A program made the position numbers and the translations under genes. The notes beneath the pieces were generated by a model. It saw only the letters and a program-made list of their open reading frames with translations. It ran no database searches and was not told where the DNA came from. Source: an uncultured virus (IMG/VR IMGVR_UViG_3300010157_000055) (taxonomy: Duplodnaviria; Heunggongvirae; Uroviricota; Caudoviricetes). Taken from it: 64,000 bases of DNA. The stretch lies in IMG/VR virus record IMGVR_UViG_3300010157_000055. One strand, written 5' to 3'. Positions 21,213-30,336 of this stretch are shown here, one piece after another (the stretch's first letter is position 1; the number at the start of each line of letters is the position of its first letter).

Positions 21213-21968
21213 ATGGCAGACGACACAAAAACATCCGAACGATCAAAAGTACAACGATTCATTGAGCTTAGTCTCGGTGGTGGCATGGTTGATATTGAGC
21301 TTGACAAAGAACACTACGATCTTGTGATTGATAAATCTATTGATTACTACCGCCAGCGAAGCAGTCGTGCAGTAGAAGAAAGCTTCATGATTTTAAATTT
21401 ACAACCTGCCGAAAGCACATACTATCTGCCAGACGAAATCAATGAAGTTACCAATGTTTACAGATCCAGTGGCGGCGGTATTGGAACCACGGCCGCATCA
21501 TTTGAACCGTTTGAAGCTGGCTATCTTAATATGTATATGCTGAATGCCACAAGAGGCCAAGGACTTGCAACTTTTGAGTTATACATGGGTCAGCGCAAGA
21601 TGCTTGGCTACTTTTTTGGTGCCAATTTGATGTTTACTTGGATTTCCGAAACAAAGCGTTTGACATTACATAGAAATATCAAAGGTGATGAACCAGTTAT
21701 TTTACATACATTCAATTATCGTCCGGTTGAATCACTGCTGGCTGACACCCATTGCAAGCAATGGCTTAGAAATTACAGTTTGGCCAATGCAAAAATGATA
21801 CTAGGACAAGCTCGTAGCAAGTTTGCAAGCTTGGCCGGACCGCAGGGTGGAGTACAATTGAACGGCAATGATCTGATCACACAAGCATCAGCTGAAATAG
21901 AAAAGCTGGAAGATGACTTGTCAAAATATTCAGATGGTGGCACACCACTGGGCTTCATAATTGGCTAA
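21213..21968 (+). CDS. Neck protein (T4 gp13-like)
   Basis: LGGGMVDIEL and W...Y..A..K..LGQARSKF..L.GP.GGV.LNG..L...A..EIE.LE. Confidence 0.85.
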   Translation: MADDTKTSERSKVQRFIELSLGGGMVDIELDKEHYDLVIDKSIDYYRQRSSRAVEESFMILNLQPAESTYYLPDEINEVTNVYRSSGGGIGTTAASFEPFEAGYLNMYMLNATRGQGLATFELYMGQRKMLGYFFGANLMFTWISETKRLTLHRNIKGDEPVILHTFNYRPVESLLADTHCKQWLRNYSLANAKMILGQARSKFASLAGPQGGVQLNGNDLITQASAEIEKLEDDLSKYSDGGTPLGFIIG

Positions 21969-21975
21969 AAAATAA

Positions 21976-22004
21976 TTGACCTAGTGTCACAGTTGTGCTA
22001 CACT
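21976..22004 (+). promoter_or_regulatory. Sigma70 promoter, probably leaderless transcript
   Basis: TTGACC-N17-TACACT, 5 nt before ATG 22010. Confidence 0.7.
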
Positions 22005-22009
22005 TAGCT

Positions 22010-22630
22010 ATGACTACAAAAATTATTGGCGTATGTGGATTTATAGGGTCTGGTAAAGACACAGCCGCAGACTATCTTGTTAACTTTCACGAATTTCGCA
22101 GAGATTCTTTTGCCTCAACCCTCAAAGATGCGGTAGCCGCCGTTTTTGGCTGGGATAGAGAAATGCTGGAAGGCCGCACTAAACAAGCCCGTGAATGGCG
22201 AGAACAAGTGGATCCCTGGTGGAGCACCAGACTTGACATGCCAAACCTAACTCCTCGCTGGGTTTTACAGTGGTGGGGAACTGAAGTTTGCCGTAAAAGC
22301 TTTCACGACGACATATGGATTGCAAGTTTAGAAGCTCGCTTACGAAATACCACAGATAATATTGTAATTTCTGACTGTAGATTTCCCAATGAAATCAAAG
22401 CAATTAGAAATGCTGGTGGACAAGTGATCAGGGTAGTGCGAGGAGAAGATCCAGAATGGTACGATATTGCCATAAGTACAAATGCTGGTACTTTCAACCA
22501 TATGGCCACTGCCTACTCAGATGTGCATGCCAGCGAATGGGCTTGGGTTGGTACCAAGTTTGATGCAGTAATTGACAACAACAGTACTGTGGATAATCTA
22601 TATAAACAGCTAGAAATGGTTGTCCAGTAA
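22010..22630 (+). CDS. Deoxynucleoside monophosphate kinase (T4 gp1-like)
   Basis: IIGVCGFIGSGKDT, SFA..LKD, TPRWVLQWWGTE and ISDCRFPNE. Confidence 0.92.
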   Translation: MTTKIIGVCGFIGSGKDTAADYLVNFHEFRRDSFASTLKDAVAAVFGWDREMLEGRTKQAREWREQVDPWWSTRLDMPNLTPRWVLQWWGTEVCRKSFHDDIWIASLEARLRNTTDNIVISDCRFPNEIKAIRNAGGQVIRVVRGEDPEWYDIAISTNAGTFNHMATAYSDVHASEWAWVGTKFDAVIDNNSTVDNLYKQLEMVVQ

Positions 22631-22734
22631 ATTATAAAATCAGTTGTACCGCTAAATATCGTCATTTTTCGTTTTATAGCTAAATATCTTCATGAAGGGT
22701 AATGAGAATCCCTTAAGATTACGGAGATATTAAA

Positions 22735-25116
22735 ATGGCTCAGCTAGTTTCCCCAGGCGTAAGTGTATCGATCATTGATGAAAGTGCATACGCATCTGCA
22801 GGCAATGGAACTGTACCTGTTATTGTTTTAGCAAGTGCTTCTAACAAGAAAGCACCAGACGGAACAAGCGCAACTTACACTACAGCACCTTTTGCCCTTA
22901 AACCACTAATGCTCACAAGCCAGAGAGAATTAGTACAATTATATGGTGAACCAAATTTCACTATCGTCGACGGCACACCAGTACACGGTCACGAATTAAA
23001 CGAATACGGCTTGTTGGCCGCTTACTATTACTTAGGCATTGCCAACCGCGCAATTGTTGTGCGAGCAGATCTAAAGATGGAAGAATTAGAGCCATCAGCA
23101 ATGGCACCAGTTGGTCCTCCAACCAACGGTCAATACTGGTTAGATACATTGTTTTCATCTTGGGGAATCTTTGAAGGCGACGGCAACAAGTGGATCAAGC
23201 AAAAAGTTAGAGTCACTGTTGGTGCGCCAGGCAACGGCGTTGGTGCCAACGGAGACTATGCAGTAGATGCCAGTACCACAATGCGCCAGTTCTATAAAAA
23301 ATTAGCTGGTGCCTGGGTACATTTAAGTTCAGCCGCAATTTCTGCCACTGTTACAATTAGTGCTCACTATAACCGTCCAACTCCAACACTTGGAAATGTT
23401 TGGTTTAAAGTAACAAGTCCAAATGCAGGATTTGCTCCAGTCATTAAGAAATACAATGCAAGCACAGAAACATGGACAAAACAAGTAATTGGTCCAAACG
23501 GTGCTGACATGAGAATTGGTTACGGCAACAACACACTTGCAACTACAGCATTTGGAGATGCACTAAATGTAAATGATCTTTACATTGAATTTCCAGATAG
23601 CAACGAAGCAAAATTTCAAATTAGACGCTACAATGGTGATGCTTGGGTTGTAATTGATCCATCAGCAGGCGATGACAAACCAGCAGGCGCAATTCCAAAT
23701 GGTAAGTTATGGTATGATGCCGGCGACACCGTTGACATCTATGTAAAAGATACAGTGGCAGGAACACCAATTTGGAAAGCAGTCAGTCAAGTTGATGTCA
23801 ACACTGAAGAGCCAGCAAATCCAAGCTTTGGCGATGTATGGGTTGACACAAATGACATGGCCAACTATCCATTACTAAAAGTATATGATGGTAGTGCTTG
23901 GGTCGCTCGTGACAATGCAGACCAAACTACAGAAGAAGGTTGCTTGTTTGTTGATTTAACAACAACATTGGGCGACACCACAGGAACACAAAATGGTGCA
24001 ACAGCATTAGAGACAGCACCAAACCCAGCTTACTATCCAGATGATATGCTATTATGGAACAGCGCAATGAGTTCTGGTAATGTTAAGAAATGGGTAGAAG
24101 ACGGAGATATGAGCCGTTGGCACACAGAATCTGGCAATATCGATGCAGGCGCCAAAGCCGGTGCTCCTTACATGTTTGACAAGGCACAACGCCGAGTAGT
24201 TGTCAAGCGTTTACAAGAAGCATTGACAGACAATCCGGATCTTCGTGCAGAAACACTAGACTTCAACTTAATTGCAACTCCAGGATATGTTGAATGTTTA
24301 GACGAAATGATCACATTGAATTATGATCGTAAGGAAACAGCGTTTATTATTGCCGACACTCCAATGAAGTTATCAAGTAGAATGAGTGATGTTCATACTT
24401 GGGCATTGGGTACACAAGCAGGCAGTAACAGTGCCGATGGCCTAACAACTCGAAGTAGCGGAGCCGCAATTTACTATCCAAGCTGTTTATCAACAGACTT
24501 GAATGGCAACGATGTTGCAGTTCCAGCAAGTCATGCAGTATTGCGTGGCTTTGCCTACAACGACCAAGTTGCTTATCCATGGTTTGCACCAGCTGGTTTA
24601 ACTCGCGGTGCGCTAAGTGGCATCAGTAACTTGGGTCTAGTAACTTCTGAAAACGAATTCATGCCAATGGCATTGAATCAAGGTCAGCGAGATACATTGT
24701 ATCTTGACAAGATTAACCCGTTGGTCAACTTCCCAGGCCAAGGTTTGTACATCTGGGGACAGAAAACATTGTACGCGGCAGATACCGCATTGGATCGTGT
24801 TAACGTCGGCCGTTTATTAGCTTACTTGCGTAAACAGTTTGATATTATTGCTCGTCCGTTCATATTTGAACCAAACGATCAAAAGACTCGCGATCGTATT
24901 ATTTCTGTATTCAACGGCTTCTTGGCAGATTTGTATAGCAAAAGAGCTGTTTATGACTTCTTAGTAGTTTGTGATTCAACAAACAATACACCAGCTAGAA
25001 TTGATAGAAATGAACTGTACATTGATGTGGCAATTGAGCCAGTCAAAGCCGCAGAATTTATCTACATTCCTGTTAGGGTAGTAAACACTGGCGCGATTGC
25101 CGGCGGCACTAAATAA
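22735..25116 (+). CDS. Contractile tail sheath protein (gp18-like)
   Basis: LVSPGVSVSIIDES, PWFAPAGLTRG, WGQKTL, ALDRVNVGRL and FIYIPV. Confidence 0.95.
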   Translation: MAQLVSPGVSVSIIDESAYASAGNGTVPVIVLASASNKKAPDGTSATYTTAPFALKPLMLTSQRELVQLYGEPNFTIVDGTPVHGHELNEYGLLAAYYYLGIANRAIVVRADLKMEELEPSAMAPVGPPTNGQYWLDTLFSSWGIFEGDGNKWIKQKVRVTVGAPGNGVGANGDYAVDASTTMRQFYKKLAGAWVHLSSAAISATVTISAHYNRPTPTLGNVWFKVTSPNAGFAPVIKKYNASTETWTKQVIGPNGADMRIGYGNNTLATTAFGDALNVNDLYIEFPDSNEAKFQIRRYNGDAWVVIDPSAGDDKPAGAIPNGKLWYDAGDTVDIYVKDTVAGTPIWKAVSQVDVNTEEPANPSFGDVWVDTNDMANYPLLKVYDGSAWVARDNADQTTEEGCLFVDLTTTLGDTTGTQNGATALETAPNPAYYPDDMLLWNSAMSSGNVKKWVEDGDMSRWHTESGNIDAGAKAGAPYMFDKAQRRVVVKRLQEALTDNPDLRAETLDFNLIATPGYVECLDEMITLNYDRKETAFIIADTPMKLSSRMSDVHTWALGTQAGSNSADGLTTRSSGAAIYYPSCLSTDLNGNDVAVPASHAVLRGFAYNDQVAYPWFAPAGLTRGALSGISNLGLVTSENEFMPMALNQGQRDTLYLDKINPLVNFPGQGLYIWGQKTLYAADTALDRVNVGRLLAYLRKQFDIIARPFIFEPNDQKTRDRIISVFNGFLADLYSKRAVYDFLVVCDSTNNTPARIDRNELYIDVAIEPVKAAEFIYIPVRVVNTGAIAGGTK

Positions 25117-25133
25117 GGACAAGGAGAAATAAA

Positions 25134-25745
25134 ATGGCGGTCCAATTAGACAAATTTAATGTACCAGGTGGTAGCTCAGGCGCTCTTGTTCAACCAAAGT
25201 TAGGTTATCGTTTTCGCGTAGTCCTAAATAACTTTGGCAATGGTGCTGATACACTTGAACTAACAAGTCAGGTTGTTAGCGTAACTCGTCCAAGCGTAAC
25301 GCACGACGATATCACAGTTGATGTTTACAATTCAAGAATTTTCTTGGCAGGTAAACACACTTGGGATCCAATTACAATCACTGTAAAAGATGATGTAACT
25401 GGCAAAGTTGCAACAGCAATTGCAAAACAACTTGAAAGACAGCTGGACCATGCTAGTCAAGCCGGTGCAACATCTGGACAAGGCTACAAATTTGGTTTGC
25501 GTATTGAAAACTTAGATGGCGGAAATGGTGGCGAAGTTGTGTTAGATGGGTGGCACCTAGGTGGTGCATACATTCAAAACGTCAACTACGGTGAGAACAA
25601 CTACTCAAGCAGTGATCCATTGAACATTACCATTGCCATCAAGTATGACAATGCCAACCATATTGTAACGGATATCCCAGTACTAGAAGGTGACACACCA
25701 GACAACACAGCAGGCGTATCAACAGCAGGTGCTTCAGGCGGTTAA
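25134..25745 (+). CDS. Tail tube protein (gp19-like)
   Basis: Follows the sheath gene; PKL.YRFRV, AGKHTWDPITIT and I.YDNA. Confidence 0.85.
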   Translation: MAVQLDKFNVPGGSSGALVQPKLGYRFRVVLNNFGNGADTLELTSQVVSVTRPSVTHDDITVDVYNSRIFLAGKHTWDPITITVKDDVTGKVATAIAKQLERQLDHASQAGATSGQGYKFGLRIENLDGGNGGEVVLDGWHLGGAYIQNVNYGENNYSSSDPLNITIAIKYDNANHIVTDIPVLEGDTPDNTAGVSTAGASGG

Positions 25746-25811
25746 TAACTAGCTTTAATATCAAGTGATAAGTAAGTGTAAGCAGAAATGCTTGCCCTTA
25801 TTAGGAGAAAT

Positions 25812-25837
25812 AAAAAGGGCGAGAAATCGCCCTTTTT
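25812..25837 (+). terminator. Intrinsic terminator, possibly an attenuator
   Basis: AAAAAGGGCGA-GAAA-TCGCCCTTTTT. Confidence 0.85.
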
Positions 25838-25848
25838 CATTATAACAA

Positions 25849-27267
25849 ATGTCATATTCAAATTTAGCAACACGACTTATTGGCCGTCAGGAAAATGGAC
25901 TTCCTCTTGAAAGCGGATTCCCTTACCTAAAATTTGCATGGGATGTTGTTCTCAGTGGTGAAGGCATTGGTTCAAGTCCCCCGTTGGTCGCTAAAACTTG
26001 TGAGTTGCCACGCTGGTCTACTGACACACAAATTATCAATGTCTACAACCATAAAACAATTGTACAAACAAAATTCAACTACGAACCAATTACTATAAGC
26101 TTTTATGACCAGTGTAACAAAGTTGCAGATTCGGTGATTTGGAAATTTGTGCATGGTCAGTTTGATTGCACAGACGGCAGTAAAAAAGCAGACTTTGCGT
26201 CAATCGAAGTAAAAATTACGCAGAAGTCGTTGGGAGGTGGCCCTACCTCTGATAAAATATACACATTGAAGAATGCATTCATTACAGATGCACAACACGA
26301 TACTTTGGATTATGCAACTAGTGATGTGGTGTTATGGACAGTGACAATTAGGTATGAAAATATGGAATCTGAATTTTGTGATGGACAGGCACAAGATGTT
26401 ACCACTGGTGTTGGTGCTTCGGCGTTGAACAAGACTCAATCACCTCCAAATGCAATATCAACCCCAGTGAATCCAGCAGTTAACAAGCCAGCTGATAAAC
26501 CTGTAAATGGCTGGGTGCAAAATGGCGGCGGTTCCGCCAATAACAGTGATCCGACTTCGGCGTCATACGGAATCCCAAGAGGAAGAGCTGGTCTACACAA
26601 GCTACCAGGTGATGTTGGATATGATCCAAATATAAATCCAGTCAAGCCAGGAAGCCTGGCCAGTCGTCGAACAACATTGCCACCAGATCCACATGCCAAG
26701 CCACCGACACCAACAGTGGAATCTTTTATGGCAAGAAGCTTTAGTACAACTACACCACAATTTGTAAATACAGTTACAATTCCATTGGATAATAACACAG
26801 CAGAGCCAAGTTTGTATGATGCAAGCACTGGTACAGTTTCTCCTGCGACAAATAGTACTTTTCCAACTCGCACCGAGGCCAGCAAACAGTCAGACTTTTT
26901 GTCTAGACTAGAAAACATGCCCGACTTCAAGTCAAGCACTACAGAATGGCAAACTGCATTTAAGAACAATTTTAATCCTGCCAGCGATTCTCCAAAGGAT
27001 TTACAGATAGCAGTCAAGCAAGCTCAACTGGAAGCCAATACATCAACACAGAGATATGCACCCGAAGTCAGAGTGGTCGATAGAGAAGTAATCTATAATA
27101 CTGCGCTGAACCAACAAAAAGAAGCAATTGGTCCAGCTGTTGTCAACGGATATGCACCTGTCAACGCCAACGATACCAAAAGCAATACACTATCAAGCCA
27201 ACAGGCCGCTCGACAACAAAGTTATCAAACAACTAATCCATTAAAGGGTAATTCAACAGTATGGTAA
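25849..27267 (+). CDS. Tube-like baseplate protein (gp48/gp54-like N-domain) with low-complexity tail
   Basis: CELPRW....INVYNHK..VQTK..YEPITISFYD..LDYA...W.VTIRYE is a tube-fold pattern. Confidence 0.6.
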   Translation: MSYSNLATRLIGRQENGLPLESGFPYLKFAWDVVLSGEGIGSSPPLVAKTCELPRWSTDTQIINVYNHKTIVQTKFNYEPITISFYDQCNKVADSVIWKFVHGQFDCTDGSKKADFASIEVKITQKSLGGGPTSDKIYTLKNAFITDAQHDTLDYATSDVVLWTVTIRYENMESEFCDGQAQDVTTGVGASALNKTQSPPNAISTPVNPAVNKPADKPVNGWVQNGGGSANNSDPTSASYGIPRGRAGLHKLPGDVGYDPNINPVKPGSLASRRTTLPPDPHAKPPTPTVESFMARSFSTTTPQFVNTVTIPLDNNTAEPSLYDASTGTVSPATNSTFPTRTEASKQSDFLSRLENMPDFKSSTTEWQTAFKNNFNPASDSPKDLQIAVKQAQLEANTSTQRYAPEVRVVDREVIYNTALNQQKEAIGPAVVNGYAPVNANDTKSNTLSSQQAARQQSYQTTNPLKGNSTVW

Positions 27268-27545
27268 AAGTAATTCCACAAGTGGACTTTGACAAAGCAG
27301 TTCAAAAGATTTTATCAGTTGGACTGTCCAGGATTGCCGCAGAAAACATTGTGATTGTTTTTTGGAATGTGTGTGTAGAAAAAGATTTAAACTTTAAACA
27401 ATTTGTTGACAAAGCTACCAGCACAGGTAAAATAGATGTTGATCAAAACATATTGGATTATATCAATTTAACCTTGCCCAACACAGTTAGATATTACAAA
27501 GACAAACCTGCCAAATTGAGTACTGTAATTGCTCGTGAACTATAA
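27261..27545 (+). CDS. Hypothetical protein
   Basis: 94 aa, translationally coupled to its neighbours. Confidence 0.6.
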   Translation: MVKVIPQVDFDKAVQKILSVGLSRIAAENIVIVFWNVCVEKDLNFKQFVDKATSTGKIDVDQNILDYINLTLPNTVRYYKDKPAKLSTVIAREL

Positions 27546-27994
27546 TGGCCAACAACTACTCACAAGGGTTCTTTACTCCAACGCACCCGGAGAAATATGT
27601 AGGTAAAGGCACTCCTAAATACCGCAGTGGTTGGGAACTGACATTCATGCGTTTTTGTGACAACCATCCGGGTGTAGTTAATTGGGCAAGTGAAAATGTA
27701 CGCATACCTTATCGCAATCCTTTCACAGGAAAAGACACATTCTATGTTCCAGACTTCTTTGTTGTGTATCAAAATGCCAATGGTAGACATGCTGAACTGG
27801 TTGAAATCAAACCCAAGTCACAAGCAGTGATGGAACTTGCCCGTAGCCAGCAAGAAAAAGCCGCTGTTGCACTCAACATGTGCAAATGGGCGGCCGCCAA
27901 AGCATGGTGCCAGCGTATGGGTGCCACATTCCGTATTCTAACAGAAGAAGACATTTTTAACAATGTAAATCCGACTCGGAAGAGACGCAAATAG
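27545..27994 (+). CDS. Head completion nuclease (T4 gp4-like, TnsA-type fold)
   Basis: P.HPEKY.G, YRSGWE..FM.FCD, WASE...IPY, YVPDF, EIKP, KW.AA and F.ILTE. Confidence 0.88.
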   Translation: MANNYSQGFFTPTHPEKYVGKGTPKYRSGWELTFMRFCDNHPGVVNWASENVRIPYRNPFTGKDTFYVPDFFVVYQNANGRHAELVEIKPKSQAVMELARSQQEKAAVALNMCKWAAAKAWCQRMGATFRILTEEDIFNNVNPTRKRRK

Positions 27995-28007
27995 TCATAA
28001 GTAGTTC

Positions 28008-28511
28008 ATGACTAAAAAATTAGAAGAAGTGTTTGGCTTTGCACCGATTGACGAAGCCAATGCTTTATTAGACACACAACCAACTGAAGTTCCTGTGGAA
28101 ATACAGGAGGAAATAGATACTGCACTGGCAACCATTGACATGGCAACTCGTGTAGATATTGCGTTGCCTACTGTAACAGATATGGCTTCAGCAGAGCGAG
28201 AGCTGGATGGACTTGCAAACAAAGCGCAGGAACAAAGCGAACGCTTGATGGATTTAGGCTTTAATGTAGATGATAGAAATGCGGGTAAGATTTTTGAAGT
28301 TGCCGCGCAATTGTTAAAAACAGCAGTGGATGCTAAGACTGCAAAGTTGGATAAAAAGCTCAAAATGGTTGAGTTACAATTGCGTAAGGCAAGAATGGAT
28401 GGGGAAAAGGGCAACGATGATAATATCCTCGATGCAACAGACTCTGGCATGATCGGAAACCGCAATGATATTGTCAAAGCCATCCTAAACCGTGTTGGTC
28501 ACAATAAATAG
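28008..28511 (+). CDS. Probable terminase small subunit (gp16-like)
   Basis: FEVAAQLLKT..D....L.KK helix resembles gp16 of T4-like phages; lies upstream of the large terminase. Confidence 0.55.
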   Translation: MTKKLEEVFGFAPIDEANALLDTQPTEVPVEIQEEIDTALATIDMATRVDIALPTVTDMASAERELDGLANKAQEQSERLMDLGFNVDDRNAGKIFEVAAQLLKTAVDAKTAKLDKKLKMVELQLRKARMDGEKGNDDNILDATDSGMIGNRNDIVKAILNRVGHNK

Positions 28512-28531
28512 TCTTATAAGAGGATTTAATT

Positions 28532-29152
28532 ATGCCAACCCTACTAGAGTATATAAGCAAGTTACAACAAGAACATCGCTATCGTATTAAGATGGTTTTT
28601 CAACCATCTGAAGCACAGTTAGAATGTTTAGAACGCCATATGAAAAAATATGATGCGTTAGAAGTAGGTCGCCCTGAAAAATTAATGCTACAAGCAGTAC
28701 CAATGGACTTTCCACAATATGGTGGAGCAGAACTTGTTATTGTTGATGTAGTAACTCGCTTACCAATTAGTCCGCCAGTACTAGAAGCAGAGCTTCGTGG
28801 CCTACTATTTGTACGAGACGGAACCATTAAAGTATTTGGACGCGACGAGCCAATTGAAAAACAAATAGAAGATGACAAAGAGCCAAATCATGAGGCGCTA
28901 CTTTGTGCAGATTATTCCAGCGCAGAAGCAAATGCTGTTTCAGCAGATGATGCCGCTGGAGATAAGTATAATCAAAGTCTATTAAAAGATTTAGATAATA
29001 ACCGAGCCGAAGCTCGTAAGAATATTACACAATCTAAAGAGTCAGCAAAAACAAGCCCAACTTGGGAATCGCCAGCAGATGGCAAAACCAGTCCAGTTGG
29101 AACAAAAAAACAGGATATACCATATCCAACCAAGTCAGGAGCTAAAAAATGA
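28532..29152 (+). CDS. Hypothetical late protein
   Basis: TAAATA promoter motif and GAGG RBS. Confidence 0.7.
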   Translation: MPTLLEYISKLQQEHRYRIKMVFQPSEAQLECLERHMKKYDALEVGRPEKLMLQAVPMDFPQYGGAELVIVDVVTRLPISPPVLEAELRGLLFVRDGTIKVFGRDEPIEKQIEDDKEPNHEALLCADYSSAEANAVSADDAAGDKYNQSLLKDLDNNRAEARKNITQSKESAKTSPTWESPADGKTSPVGTKKQDIPYPTKSGAKK

Positions 29153-30324
29153 GTAATAAAAAATTAACTGAAGGTATTCGTGGCGCCAAAGAAGGCGTTG
29201 CTGAATGCTACACAGACGCTATGTCGCAAGGCGGCCAAGGTGAACAAATGTCGGTGACTATTTCTATGCCCGGCAAGAATATCAGTGTTACCACAGACAG
29301 CGCCGACGAAATTGGAAACATCCTTCGTTTAGCTGGTATCAATGTTGGTGGCGCAAGTGCTGAACCAGAAATTGCCCTTGCAGTTGAACCAGGTGCCATG
29401 GGCGGCGAGGCTCCAGAAGCCGAGTTGCCACCAATGGGCGCACAAACAATGGGTCAACAACCTCCAATGGATCCAAGGCTAGATCTGGATGGCGACGGCG
29501 ACCATGACATGCATGACCATGAGTTAGAAGCTGAACAAGAAGCTGAACAAGAAGCTGAGCCAGATGTTGAAGAAGGTGCTGGAGCCATGCACTTCAAAGC
29601 ACAACAGGCCAAAGCCGACGGTAAAGACAGTTTCAAGCTAGGCGACGAAGAATTTGATGTCGAAGAAGCGGCAGGCGATGTTTCAAGAACTTCCAAAGGT
29701 GGAACAGTAACACAAACTTCAACCGGACAAGTTCACAAAGCTGGTGCTGGCAACTATGGTGGATCAGACGATGATCACGACGATGACACACCAGTGCCAG
29801 CCGGTGCTGTTCCTGAAAAAGAAGATGAAGTTGACGAGTCCGCTCGTATACTTCAACTTGCTGGTGTAACTAACGAAGCACAAAGTGCCGCACAAAAAGC
29901 CGCATTCAAAGCCATGATTGACAAGAAGAATGGCAAGTCAGAAGACAAGGCAGATGACAATGCCGAGGCAGATGACGAAGAAAAAGTTGAAGAAGCCACT
30001 GATGCAGTTCCAGCCGCAGGCAATGTATACGGCCAAGGTGTTTACGAAGGTCAACAAGAATACAGTCGTATTTTAGCATTGGCTGGCATTAACGAATGGG
30101 CAAACAGTCCACAGGGTAAAGCAGACGACAAAGGTACTACATTTGATAAACTTCCAAGCAAGCCAGGTCAAGGCAGTGGTAGTGCCGACTACGGACAAAA
30201 CCGTGCAAACGGTCAGGGCGAAAACCCAATGGGCAGAAAAGATGTTGGAGTTGAAGAAGCATTTGAAATTGCCATGGGTGAATACAGAAAATTTGTTTCA
30301 GAGAGCATTACTGATAAGAAGTAA
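29149..30324 (+). CDS. Acidic, probably internal head/core protein
   Basis: Low-complexity acidic sequence with three IL.LAG(I/V) motifs and many (L/V/I)xE sites. Confidence 0.6.
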   Translation: MSNKKLTEGIRGAKEGVAECYTDAMSQGGQGEQMSVTISMPGKNISVTTDSADEIGNILRLAGINVGGASAEPEIALAVEPGAMGGEAPEAELPPMGAQTMGQQPPMDPRLDLDGDGDHDMHDHELEAEQEAEQEAEPDVEEGAGAMHFKAQQAKADGKDSFKLGDEEFDVEEAAGDVSRTSKGGTVTQTSTGQVHKAGAGNYGGSDDDHDDDTPVPAGAVPEKEDEVDESARILQLAGVTNEAQSAAQKAAFKAMIDKKNGKSEDKADDNAEADDEEKVEEATDAVPAAGNVYGQGVYEGQQEYSRILALAGINEWANSPQGKADDKGTTFDKLPSKPGQGSGSADYGQNRANGQGENPMGRKDVGVEEAFEIAMGEYRKFVSESITDKK

Positions 30325-30336
30325 TACGGAGGCCTA

